Of a stretch of 64,000 nucleotides of DNA, positions 41,664-50,491 are shown piece after piece. Source of the DNA: Hyalangium minutum (GTDB lineage: Bacteria > Myxococcota > Myxococcia > Myxococcales > Myxococcaceae). The stretch spans positions 186,001-250,000 of the forward strand of contig NZ_JMCB01000001.1 of the NCBI RefSeq assembly GCF_000737315.1, written 5' to 3'. The notes below the pieces were generated by a model. The model worked only from the letters and a program-made list of their open reading frames with translations. It ran no database searches and was not told the origin of the DNA. Position numbers and translations under genes: made by a program. Each line of letters opens with the position of its first letter. Position 1 is the first letter of the stretch.

Positions 41664-44600
41664 CTAGTAGTAGTTGTAGGTCAGGCGCAGGTAGAAGTAG
41701 CGGCCCATGTAGTCGTAGGTCGACGCGTCCGAGGACGCGAGGAACCCGTTGGCCACCAGCACCGGCTTGGTGTTGAACAGGTTGTTCACACCGAACTGCG
41801 CGCCCGCGGTGCCGCTCTTCAGCTCCAGATCGTACGACACGTTCGCGTCGAACGTGTAGTAGTCCTGCACCATGCGGGAGATCGGCTGCACCGCGTTCGG
41901 ATCCGACTCGTCGAACTGGCAGCTGTTGAACTCGCACTCCTTGAAGCCGTTGATGAAGCGCATGTTCACCGCAGCGGCCAGCGAGTCCCTGGCCCAGTTC
42001 AGTCCCACGTTCGCGCGCCAGTTGGTGTATACGCCGTCCAGATCGTAGTTGCCCTTGGCCTTGATGACGTCTCCGTTGGCCAGCGTCCGGTCGAACTTCT
42101 GCAGCCAGGTCGCGTCCGCGCTCACGCCCACGCGGCCAAACGGCGTCTGCGGCGAGTAGCGGATGGAGAAGTCCAGGCCGCCCGTCTTGTCGCCACCCAC
42201 GTTGGTGAGCGGGTCGGAGATGTCCACGATGTAGCCGTCCGTGTCGCGAGTGATGCGCTCGCAGTACTGCGACGAAGCCGGGCCACCCGCCGAGTAGCAA
42301 CTGTTGAGGATCACGTCGGCGGTCAGGTTGGTGATCGCGTTGTCCACGTTGATCAGGTAGTAGTCCACCGTGGCGGTGACATCCTTCGCGAACCGCGGCT
42401 CGAACACCGCGCCCACCGTGAAGATCTCGGCGGTCTCCGGCTTCAGGTTGACGTTGCCGCCCAGCCGCGTGCGCTGCTGGCTGCGATCATCCGAGAAGTC
42501 TTCCGGAACCGCCTGCGCGTTGCAGACCGCATCCACCCCAGTGCCCGACTCGCGGTCCGAGCACGGGTCCACCACCTCCGGGAAGCCGTCCGTCTGGCCC
42601 AGGTAGAGCTCGTTCACGGAGGGCGCGCGGAAGGCCGTGGAGTACGTGGCGCGCAGCGTGAAGTCCGGGATCGGGCTCACGCGGGTGCCAAACTTGTACG
42701 TGAAGTCCGAGCCGAACGTGTTGTAGCTGAACACGCGCGCGGCGCCCGTCACTTCCACGATGTCCCGCAGCTCGTTCGTTTCGGGGTTGATCTCACCGAA
42801 GAGGGGCACGGACAGCTCGGCGTAGGCCTCGTTCACATAGAAGCGGCCCTCCGTGGAGTTCTCCTTGGTGCCCGTGGTGTCACCCGCGGCCGTCAGCGGA
42901 TCCGGAATGTAGGAACCACCCTCGCGGCGGTGCTCGTAACCGAGCGCCAGACCCGAAGAGTGCGCCGTCGGAGTGACCTTGAACAGCTCGCCCGCGAAAT
43001 TCGCCGACAGCGACGTCTGCTGGGTGAAGCCGCGCGTGGTGCCCCGGAAGCTCAGGTAGTCGGCCATCTCCTTGGAGATGGTGCCCTCGCCGCCGAACAG
43101 GTTCAGCGGGACGCAAGCATCCGGATCGATCGGAGCCTCGGGTGTGCCGCACACGGCCTTGCCCGACGCGTTCATGAAGCTCGGGCCGAGCGCCGCCGCC
43201 AGCCGGCTGAGCCGCAGCGTGCCCTGCTTGGTCGTGACGCCCTGCGTACGGCCGTAGTTGTAGGCCACATCCCAGTGCCAGTCCTGCAGCGCGCCGAAGT
43301 CCTGGTCCAGCTTGCCCTCCAGGCCGGTGACGACGCGGAAGGTCGTCAGGTCCTGTGCGTAGTCACGGGTGCCGAACTCATTCAGGCGGCGGCGAACATC
43401 CACGAAGTCACGGCCGAACGGGTTGTAGACGTTGCCCGCCGAGACGGTCAGCCCCTCGGTCGAGGTGAAGAGCGGCTCGGAGGCGAGCTTCTGCTTCGAC
43501 TGGCGGTTGGTGTAGCTGGCCTCGTAGAAGGCGCGAGTACCCGCTCCGAGCCGCAGACCGCCCGTGGTGTACAGGTGCGCGCGCTCCTGCGGCGTCACCA
43601 GGTAGTTGTCGGGCTGGTAGTTGAAGTAGTCACCCCCCGCGTCCTCCACGCCAATGGTGTTGAAAGGCCGGAACTCTCCCGTCCGCCGGTCGATCGTGAA
43701 GACGCTGGCGTCCGGGTAGCGCGCCGTCAGAGCATCCCAGGCCCCGTTGCCTCCCGTGGCGCCACGCGTGAGGAACACGCCCATCGGCGTGGACGAGCTG
43801 CCCTCCGTGGAAATCTGGCGCGAGGCGAAGTCGTAGAACGTGTCGTACTTGCTGAACTGCCGGTCCCCGGCGAACACGTCCTTCTGCGTGTAGTAGCCCG
43901 CGGTGAACAGGATGTTGCCGCGCTCGGTGCTCTGGCCCGTCGTCAGGCTCAGGTCATACAGCAGACCGTCACCGTGCGAGGACAAACCGGAGAACGCACG
44001 CAGCTCGGTGCCCGAGTAGTCCTTGCGGGTGATGATGTTCACCACGCCCGCGATGGCGTCCGAGCCGTACACCGCCGAGCCACCGTCTTTAAGGATCTCG
44101 ATGCGCTGGATGGCCGCGGTGGGGATGGAGTTCAGGTCCACCGTGGCATCGGCGCCCGTACCACCGGCCACGTGGCGGCGGCCGTTGAGCAGCACCAGCG
44201 TACGGCCCGTGCCCAGGCCGCGCAGGTTCACGCGCGTGGCACCGTCGCCGCCGTTGTTGTACTGCGTGTTGATGGCGTTGGACTGCTCCGGGAGGCTCTG
44301 GAGGATTTCACCGATGGACGTCTTGCCCGTCTTCTCGAGCTGCGCCTTGTCGAGCACCGTCACGGGCGCCGCCGTCGTCAGCTCCTTGCGCGGAATGCGC
44401 GAGCCGGTGACGACGATCTCCTCGATGTACTCCTCGGGCGGCGGCTCCTCGGCCGCAGGCGGCGGCGCCTTGGGGGCGGGCTTGAGGGCTGGCTTGGGGG
44501 CCGGCTTGGCCTGGGGCTGCGCGGCGGGCGCGGCCGGCTGGGCCTCCGGCGTTGCCTCGATGGGCTGCGGGACGGGAGTGGCGGGCTGAGCCGCGGCGGG

Positions 44601-44765
44601 CGCCGGAGGAGTGGCCTCCTGGACCGCCGGAGCCGCAGCAGGCGCCTCTTGCGCCGCAGCGACCCCGCCGGTCCCGGAGATGAGCACTGCCAGCGCCAAA
44701 ACTGTCTTCTTCCGAGCGGACTGCTTCGACACCTTGCACCTCTTGCTGGTGTGGTCTTGAGACAT
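41664..44765 (-). CDS. TonB-dependent receptor with long Pro/Ala N-terminal linker
   Basis: EEIVVTGSRI TonB box, NLRGLG, RTLVLLNGRR, RIEILKDGGSAVYGSDAIAGVVN, GVNNLF, aromatic C-terminus. Confidence 0.93.
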   Translation of the reverse strand: MSQDHTSKRCKVSKQSARKKTVLALAVLISGTGGVAAAQEAPAAAPAVQEATPPAPAAAQPATPVPQPIEATPEAQPAAPAAQPQAKPAPKPALKPAPKAPPPAAEEPPPEEYIEEIVVTGSRIPRKELTTAAPVTVLDKAQLEKTGKTSIGEILQSLPEQSNAINTQYNNGGDGATRVNLRGLGTGRTLVLLNGRRHVAGGTGADATVDLNSIPTAAIQRIEILKDGGSAVYGSDAIAGVVNIITRKDYSGTELRAFSGLSSHGDGLLYDLSLTTGQSTERGNILFTAGYYTQKDVFAGDRQFSKYDTFYDFASRQISTEGSSSTPMGVFLTRGATGGNGAWDALTARYPDASVFTIDRRTGEFRPFNTIGVEDAGGDYFNYQPDNYLVTPQERAHLYTTGGLRLGAGTRAFYEASYTNRQSKQKLASEPLFTSTEGLTVSAGNVYNPFGRDFVDVRRRLNEFGTRDYAQDLTTFRVVTGLEGKLDQDFGALQDWHWDVAYNYGRTQGVTTKQGTLRLSRLAAALGPSFMNASGKAVCGTPEAPIDPDACVPLNLFGGEGTISKEMADYLSFRGTTRGFTQQTSLSANFAGELFKVTPTAHSSGLALGYEHRREGGSYIPDPLTAAGDTTGTKENSTEGRFYVNEAYAELSVPLFGEINPETNELRDIVEVTGAARVFSYNTFGSDFTYKFGTRVSPIPDFTLRATYSTAFRAPSVNELYLGQTDGFPEVVDPCSDRESGTGVDAVCNAQAVPEDFSDDRSQQRTRLGGNVNLKPETAEIFTVGAVFEPRFAKDVTATVDYYLINVDNAITNLTADVILNSCYSAGGPASSQYCERITRDTDGYIVDISDPLTNVGGDKTGGLDFSIRYSPQTPFGRVGVSADATWLQKFDRTLANGDVIKAKGNYDLDGVYTNWRANVGLNWARDSLAAAVNMRFINGFKECEFNSCQFDESDPNAVQPISRMVQDYYTFDANVSYDLELKSGTAGAQFGVNNLFNTKPVLVANGFLASSDASTYDYMGRYFYLRLTYNYY

Positions 44766-44790
44766 GGATCAGGGCTTTCCGTGTGCGGGA

Positions 44791-45186
44791 TTAGAACGGC
44801 GCGAGCAGCGGCTCGCCTTTGAGGCAGTTCGGATCGAACTTCCCCGCCTCAAAGACGGCTGCGCAGTACGCGGTCATGCAGTCGACGAACTCCGTCTGCG
44901 CCTCCGCGCAGCCTGCGAATTCCGCGTCACAGATCGACTTGGAGTTCGACTCCCAGCAATCCAGATGCTTCTGGAAAGAGGCGTCGCAGCTCTGTTGTCC
45001 CGCTGCTACAGCGCGCTCGTTGAACTTCTCCACGTCGGCGCAGTACTCGGGGCAGTCGACATCCACCGCCCGCTCACTGACCGTGCACGCGTTGGCCTCC
45101 CCGCAAACGGCTTCGCACTTGCTGGAACAACCGGTGACGAGGCCCATCACCGCCAGCAGACCCGCTGTCCAAACCACAACTCTCAC
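44791..45186 (-). CDS. Cys-rich lipoprotein (lipobox Cys plus 12 Cys)
   Basis: LVTGC lipobox after GGGAGG RBS/GTG; stop 25 nt before the TonB receptor start. Confidence 0.7.
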   Translation of the reverse strand: MRVVVWTAGLLAVMGLVTGCSSKCEAVCGEANACTVSERAVDVDCPEYCADVEKFNERAVAAGQQSCDASFQKHLDCWESNSKSICDAEFAGCAEAQTEFVDCMTAYCAAVFEAGKFDPNCLKGEPLLAPF

Positions 45187-45328
45187 GCTGACCCCTCCCA
45201 GGGATTGTCTTGAAGCAAACGCATTGTGACTGTGACGAGATTGGAACGTCAACCCAGGGCGTCCATATCGGTCCTGATTGAACTCCAACCTCCGAAGTCC
45301 CTGCGCCTGGGAGTGTTCAGGCCACCTG

Positions 45329-46639
45329 TCAGGTGAAGAAACGCCGGAGCACGGCGATCATCGCCGCCACATCCGAGGCCGCGGCCAGCTCGCGGATGGA
45401 GTGCATGGAGAGCATGGGGCTCCCCACGTCCACCGTGCGGATGCCCAGCGCCGCGGCGGTGATGGGGCCAATGGTGCTGCCGCAGCCCAGGTCCGTCCGT
45501 GTCACGAAGTGCTGAGGCGTCACGCCCGCCTCCCGGCACAGCGCCGCGAAGAACGCCCAGGTCTCTCCATCCGTCGCATAAGACTGGTTGACATTGGATT
45601 TGATCACAGGGCCGCCGCCCATCAGCGGCTGATGCCTGGGCTCGTGGAGCGCGGAGTAGTTGGGGTGCACGGCGTGCGCCATGTCCGCAGACACCATGTA
45701 CGAATGGCGGATGGCACGGTGGAACGCATCCGCGCGCCCATCCGAGTGCCCCAGAACGAGGCGCTCCAGGCAGTCACGCAGGAAGGTGCCCGCGGCGCCT
45801 TGAGCGCTGCGGCTGCCCACCTCCTCGTGATCGTACAGGACGATGCCCGAGGTGGCCTCGCCCGCCTTCTCCATCGCCAGCAGCGAGGACAGCGCCGAGT
45901 AGCAGCTTGCCAGGTTGTCCAGGCGCGGCGCGTGGAGGAACTCGCCGTTCGCCCCCGAGCGCGTGGAGGGCTGCGTGTCATAGAGGCACAAGTCGTAGCC
46001 GAGGATGTCCCCTGCCTCGGCGCGGACATTGCCCGCCGCCAGTTCCTGCACCAGGAGCGCGCGCAGCTCCGCCGGGCCCGCCTTCTCCAGGCCCAGCACG
46101 GGGACCATGTGGTCCTGCGCGTTGAGCTTGAGTCCATCCGTGTTGACGGTGCGGTTGAGGTGGATGGCCAGGTTGGGCACGCGCAGCAGCGGGCGGCGGA
46201 AGTCCACCAGATGGCCCTCGGGACGGCCGCCGGAGAGCAGCATGACTCGGCCCGCCAGGGAGAGATCTCGATCCATCCACGTGCTCAGCAGCACCCCGCC
46301 GTAAATCTCCACGCCGAGCTGGTGGTAGCCCAGCTTGGACACAGCGGCGTTGGGCTTGAGGCGCAGGTTGGGCGAGTCCGTGTGCGAGCCCACCAGCCGG
46401 AAGCCAGCGCGATCCACGGGCGCCGTGCCCAGGTGGAACGCGGCGATGCTCGTGCCCGCGCGGGTGACGTACACCTTGTCTCCGGGCTGGAGCGTCCAGG
46501 GCTCCCGCTCGTCCAGCGCGCGGTAGCCAAGCTGGGTGAGGCGGCGGGCCGTCTCGCGCACCGCATGGTACGGGGTGGGCGAGGCGTCGATGTACGCAAG
46601 GATGTCCTTGGCCGTGGCGTCCGTGTCGATGGGGCTCAT
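45329..46639 (-). CDS. M18 family aminopeptidase
   Basis: SPTPYHA, GSHTDSP, RLDNL, DHEEVGS, SADMAHA, SMHSIRE. Confidence 0.93.
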   Translation of the reverse strand: MSPIDTDATAKDILAYIDASPTPYHAVRETARRLTQLGYRALDEREPWTLQPGDKVYVTRAGTSIAAFHLGTAPVDRAGFRLVGSHTDSPNLRLKPNAAVSKLGYHQLGVEIYGGVLLSTWMDRDLSLAGRVMLLSGGRPEGHLVDFRRPLLRVPNLAIHLNRTVNTDGLKLNAQDHMVPVLGLEKAGPAELRALLVQELAAGNVRAEAGDILGYDLCLYDTQPSTRSGANGEFLHAPRLDNLASCYSALSSLLAMEKAGEATSGIVLYDHEEVGSRSAQGAAGTFLRDCLERLVLGHSDGRADAFHRAIRHSYMVSADMAHAVHPNYSALHEPRHQPLMGGGPVIKSNVNQSYATDGETWAFFAALCREAGVTPQHFVTRTDLGCGSTIGPITAAALGIRTVDVGSPMLSMHSIRELAAASDVAAMIAVLRRFFT

Positions 46640-46650
46640 GGCCCCGCAGG

Positions 46651-47469
46651 CTAGCGCCCCTTCCGCCCGAGGCCACCGGAAACCTGCCGCCCCTGTTGGG
46701 GTGGCGCCAGTGCGGTGCTGCGGCGGTGCTCCTGGGGTGCATCCAAGAACGTGCCGAGAAGCACCCAGCGTCGCGCCGCGTCCTGGGCGCCGGGCCTGGC
46801 CACCAGAGGCGTGGTGTAGTGCCAGAAGGGCAGCCGGTACACCGTCATCCCGCCCAAGGTGTTGACGCTGGCGATCTCCGAGAAGTGTCCTCCCTTGGCG
46901 TAGACGAGCCACTGGTGCGCCACGGCCGGGGTGGCCAGGGTGAGGTGCATGTCCACGTACCCGTCGCGGGCCTCGAGGTCCTCGGGGTGGTGATCATTGT
47001 GCGGGCCGGTGTAGTCCCCGGGCCCGTAGCACAGAGCCTGGATGCCCCAGTTGCGCCGCAGCGCACGTCCACTCACGGCGGCGGCGAAGGCCCCGAAGCT
47101 CTCCGAGCGCAGCATGGCCGTGAGCCCCACCCGCTCGGCCGCGCGCCACGAGCGGGAGCGGCGGCTTCCGAGCAGCGCCGTCCGTACGCGCACCGCCTTG
47201 GGCAGCAATTCCGAGTAGTTCTCCGTCATCCCCAGCAGGCTCTCGGGGGGAATCGGATCATCCATCTGCGTGAGCGTGCCGAGCAGTTCCTCCTCCAGCG
47301 CATCGCGGCAGGCGGCGGCCTTCTTTGCGTCGACGACCCCCGTCAACGAGATGAAGCGCTGCGGCGGCACTCGGAGCAGTGCGCCACAGACTTTTTCGTC
47401 TTGTCCTTTGAGAATCCGGAGGCCCTTGGGGGTCAGGAGGTCGGCAAAATCGGAAGGGAACATGGGCAT
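46651..47469 (-). CDS. Putative 2-oxoglutarate/Fe(II) oxygenase
   Basis: YTGPHND, WHYTTP, RRWVLL (HxD..H..R). Confidence 0.6.
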   Translation of the reverse strand: MPMFPSDFADLLTPKGLRILKGQDEKVCGALLRVPPQRFISLTGVVDAKKAAACRDALEEELLGTLTQMDDPIPPESLLGMTENYSELLPKAVRVRTALLGSRRSRSWRAAERVGLTAMLRSESFGAFAAAVSGRALRRNWGIQALCYGPGDYTGPHNDHHPEDLEARDGYVDMHLTLATPAVAHQWLVYAKGGHFSEIASVNTLGGMTVYRLPFWHYTTPLVARPGAQDAARRWVLLGTFLDAPQEHRRSTALAPPQQGRQVSGGLGRKGR

Positions 47470-47528
47470 GGCAACTTTCACCCAGACTGTCAGATAATGC
47501 TCCCAACGTCTTCCCCCGGAGCTCTTCC

Positions 47529-48245
47529 ATGGATCCCATCGGCCGCCGCCCCAGTGCCCTCCCTTCTCTTCCCACGGCTGCTCCGGCGGAGACCCGCCCT
47601 GCTGCGGCCCCCGTGAAGGCGGCCGCCACGAACGCCGTGAGCCAGCTGCAGCGCAGCAGCTTCGAGGCCCCGGTGGCGAAGGCCGCAGCGGCTCAGCCGA
47701 TGCCGGGCGCATGGCGCGGTGGGCCGGACACGCCGGTGGGCAAGGCGATCGCCGGGATGGTCGAGCGGATGCGCGCCTCGGACGCGTCGGGCATCAAGAT
47801 CAAGGGAGACACGATGGAGAGCCTGTTCACGCGGGCCATCCTGGACAACAAGCACGTGTCGAATGATCAGCTGCTGGCCATCACCCAGGTGAAGCTGGAC
47901 CAGCTGGCCACCAGCCCCGAGGATCGCGCCAAGGTGCTGCAGAAGGTGCCCAACGCCCGGGAGCTGCCGGTGCACAAGTTCACGGTGGGCATGCTCGCGG
48001 CGGCCACGGGCATTGATCCGAAGGCGCTCTCCGAGGCCTGCCCGGATCTGGGCCTGACGGGCGCGCCGGGCACCCCGCTGCTGTACGCGGCGAAGACGGA
48101 GCGGATGCAGCGCTCCACCGCGCTCCACGACTTCACGGACTACCTGCGCGGCGCGGGCGTGAAGGGCATGAACAAGGCCGTCTGGGGGGTGGAGAACCGC
48201 ATCCTCTCGGCCGCCGTGAGCGCGCTCGGCGGTGGGCGCTACTAA
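47529..48245 (+). CDS. Hypothetical protein with low-complexity N-terminus
   Basis: GC3-rich 238-aa ORF. Confidence 0.7.
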   Translation: MDPIGRRPSALPSLPTAAPAETRPAAAPVKAAATNAVSQLQRSSFEAPVAKAAAAQPMPGAWRGGPDTPVGKAIAGMVERMRASDASGIKIKGDTMESLFTRAILDNKHVSNDQLLAITQVKLDQLATSPEDRAKVLQKVPNARELPVHKFTVGMLAAATGIDPKALSEACPDLGLTGAPGTPLLYAAKTERMQRSTALHDFTDYLRGAGVKGMNKAVWGVENRILSAAVSALGGGRY

Positions 48246-48267
48246 CTAACAGCGGCTCGTGGGCGGC

Positions 48268-48298
48268 AACATCTCGGGATGGAAGATCCCGAGTGGTT
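48268..48298. terminator. Hairpin between convergent genes
   Basis: ctcgggat-ggaag-atcccgag (48273-48293) with flanking aac/gtt. Confidence 0.55.
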
Positions 48299-48360
48299 CC
48301 CACACATATTGGTCGATGGGCACCCAGGAGATGTATCTGAGGGGGTGTTTCTCGGCATGG

Positions 48361-49287
48361 CTACGGCAGTAGGTCGAGAAAGCGGCGCTCCCAGCGCTGG
48401 GTGTCCTCCTCGGACTGGCCGAGCATCCTTCCTCTGGGATCGCGGAAGAGCCACGGCTCCAGGACTTGAGCCAGCTCGCGGTAGGCTGGGAGCGTGTCGC
48501 CTCGCTCAATGTCGCCGGCCTCGGGCCATGCGCCCAGGGTGACGAGCACCTTGTCCCCTTCCATCTCCTGGACCGTGGTGCCGAGGCCGTGGAGCCGTGC
48601 GCGCAGCCCCGCAGCGCCTCCAAGCTGTCCCAGCACGGGCTGGCCCAGGAACGTGAGCCAGTGCGGACCTCTCACGCCGGTTCCGACCTCCCAGGAGAGG
48701 GACTCGGGCGAGTCGTAGACGTCGATGCCCGGATAGCGAAGCCAGTAACGGGCCACTTCGCGCCGGACTCCCACCAGCGCGTACTCGGCATTGAAGGACA
48801 GGCCCCCGTGCCCGGAGCAGAGGGGGAGAGGAGCAGCCAGTCCCATGGCCAGCTCTCGCACTCGCCCTGGGCCATGCTCCTCCAGGAACTCCGTGGGCAG
48901 CCAGAAAGTTGCCGCACACACCGGGCCCGGTCTGTGCCCCTCATGGAGCGCTTCAAGGTTCTTTTTGCCCCAGTAGTCGAAGCGATACCGGCTCTCGGTA
49001 TCGGAGCCGTCCCTCAACCGGATCATGGGAGACTGACTCTCACCTAGCTCTCGCCGAGTGATTTCCCAGCCCCGTTCGTCGAGCGGCTGCGGCTCTCCCT
49101 CATCATCCATGTACCAACCCAGCGCCTGCGGCCCAACGGCACGCAGGTACACCTCCAGAGAACGGAGGACGTTCTCGACGATCTGCAGGTGTGAATGACG
49201 CATGTAGAAGCTGATGCTCAGCCCCTCGCGGACCAACTCGAAGCCATTTTTGGCCCGGACACGTATCCGCGGGTAGCGCTCGCTCAT
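48361..49287 (-). CDS. DUF3396 / TsiV-like immunity protein
   Basis: FWLPTEFLEEHG, LPLCSGHGGL, RYPGIDV, GPHWLTFLG, LGAWPEAGD, RWERRF. Confidence 0.85.
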   Translation of the reverse strand: MSERYPRIRVRAKNGFELVREGLSISFYMRHSHLQIVENVLRSLEVYLRAVGPQALGWYMDDEGEPQPLDERGWEITRRELGESQSPMIRLRDGSDTESRYRFDYWGKKNLEALHEGHRPGPVCAATFWLPTEFLEEHGPGRVRELAMGLAAPLPLCSGHGGLSFNAEYALVGVRREVARYWLRYPGIDVYDSPESLSWEVGTGVRGPHWLTFLGQPVLGQLGGAAGLRARLHGLGTTVQEMEGDKVLVTLGAWPEAGDIERGDTLPAYRELAQVLEPWLFRDPRGRMLGQSEEDTQRWERRFLDLLP

Positions 49288-50141
49288 CGTGCGACTCCCA
49301 GGTGAGGTTGAACACGCGCAGGCTGCCCGCCCAGGGCTTTCCGGTACACCTCTCCCTGAGTTTTCCCTCCATGTGGACTTCCTGCTGGGTACTTTCTCCA
49401 GTCCAACGTCCTAGAGGTGTTCGCACAAGGGAACTTGTAGTCGTAGCCGTCCTGGACCCGGTGGGGCTGCCCTTCATGGATGACGATGTCGGGCTCGATG
49501 GTTCCGCGAAGCTCCGCGCTGCGTCCCTGTCTCAGCAACGTCTCCACCGCCTCGCGAGGGAGGTACTCGGCCTTGCCGGTCTCCGGGTCGACTCGGTAGC
49601 GGGGCTGGATGCTGAAGCCGCCCGGCTTCAGTTCCTGGAGCTTCTTCTCGGCACACTGAAGGGCGACGGTGTGTTGCTCCACACCCAATTGCATCGCTCG
49701 CGTGATGGGCTGCCCCTGGCTATCTGTACCGACGACCTCGTTGCACTCCTCGCGTGTGGGGGAACGCCCGAAGTGCTTGAGCATCACCTCGGAGCGTGCC
49801 GCATCCGCACACTCGGCAAGGGCTTCGTCAAGGCGGGCCTGCAGCCCAGCGTTCAGGGAGTGGCCGACTTGGATGACAGCAGCGCCCACCACACTGGCGG
49901 CGAGCACAGGTACGCTTGTCGCGGGTAGAGGAGGTGGCCCCGGGGGAGGATTGGGGACCACCCGGAGTCCTGGCGTGGGTGGGCAGTTGGCCGGGTTCCT
50001 GACGCAGGTATTCGAAACGGTGTCCGGGACTTGGGCATACTGGCGGGGGACGCCGTAGCTGGCCGTGCCACAGGCCGTGAAGAAGAGGACCGCGCTGAGT
50101 GCCCTCCACACCGCCCACCCGGATGAATCTCCTCGCTTCAT
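49284..50141 (-). CDS. Lipoprotein polymorphic toxin candidate with PD-(D/E)xK / VRR-NUC-like nuclease motif
   Basis: LFFTAC lipobox; EPDIVIH...YDYKFPC; ATGA overlap with the DUF3396 gene. Confidence 0.75.
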   Translation of the reverse strand: MKRGDSSGWAVWRALSAVLFFTACGTASYGVPRQYAQVPDTVSNTCVRNPANCPPTPGLRVVPNPPPGPPPLPATSVPVLAASVVGAAVIQVGHSLNAGLQARLDEALAECADAARSEVMLKHFGRSPTREECNEVVGTDSQGQPITRAMQLGVEQHTVALQCAEKKLQELKPGGFSIQPRYRVDPETGKAEYLPREAVETLLRQGRSAELRGTIEPDIVIHEGQPHRVQDGYDYKFPCANTSRTLDWRKYPAGSPHGGKTQGEVYRKALGGQPARVQPHLGVAR

Positions 50142-50376
50142 GGAGGGCTCCGTTCCCAAGGTTCTCGCGATTCTACCGAAGTGAGCACTGCTCCCCCGAT
50201 TCAACCAAGGGAGCAAGGATCCCCCTTCTGCGCGTCCACGTACTTGGGGCTGATGGCCACGTAGCCCACCTTCCCCGTCTTCGTCGGCGCCTCCGCCTGG
50301 AGACAATCATCAGGACGAGGCCCACCCCGTAGCCGAAGCTGATGACCCAACCCGCGTAGCAAATCCATGGCATGAA

Positions 50377-50451
50377 GAGCCAGATGCGGGAATTCTGCAC
50401 GTCCGGATCCGTGGGGAGCCCGGGGCCAGTCAGCGCCCGGGTTTACTCGAC
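50377..50451 (+). mobile_element. Group II intron 3' remnant (domains V and VI)
   Basis: D5 GAGCCAGATGCGGGAATTCTGCACGTCCGGATC (AGC triad, one stem mismatch); D6 hairpin cccggg..gc-cagtca-gc..cccggg ending ACTCGAC. Confidence 0.85.
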
Positions 50452-50455
50452 CAAT

Positions 50456-50488
50456 TCCAAGCTGCGGGTTCGATTCCTGCCGCCTCCA
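50456..50488 (+). repeat. tmRNA/tRNA 3'-end-like repeat, copy 1
   Basis: GCGGG-TTCGATT-CCTGC T-arm plus CGCCTCCA acceptor strand; 30/32 identical to the inverted copy at 60499-60530. Confidence 0.8.
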
Positions 50489-50491
50489 CTT

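Noticed and set aside
44766-45328. Riboswitch upstream of the TonB receptor operon
   Set aside because: No cobalamin, TPP or other recognisable aptamer motifs in the short intergenic DNA.
50141-50451. Intact group II intron, retron or DGR
   Set aside because: No reverse transcriptase ORF (no YADD-type motif) and no intron 5' end seen; only D5-D6 remain.
50456-50488. A real tRNA or tmRNA gene at either T-arm motif (also 60499-60530)
   Set aside because: No D-arm or anticodon arm, no matching 5' acceptor strand upstream, and no encoded CCA; only the 3' ~30 nt are tRNA-like.
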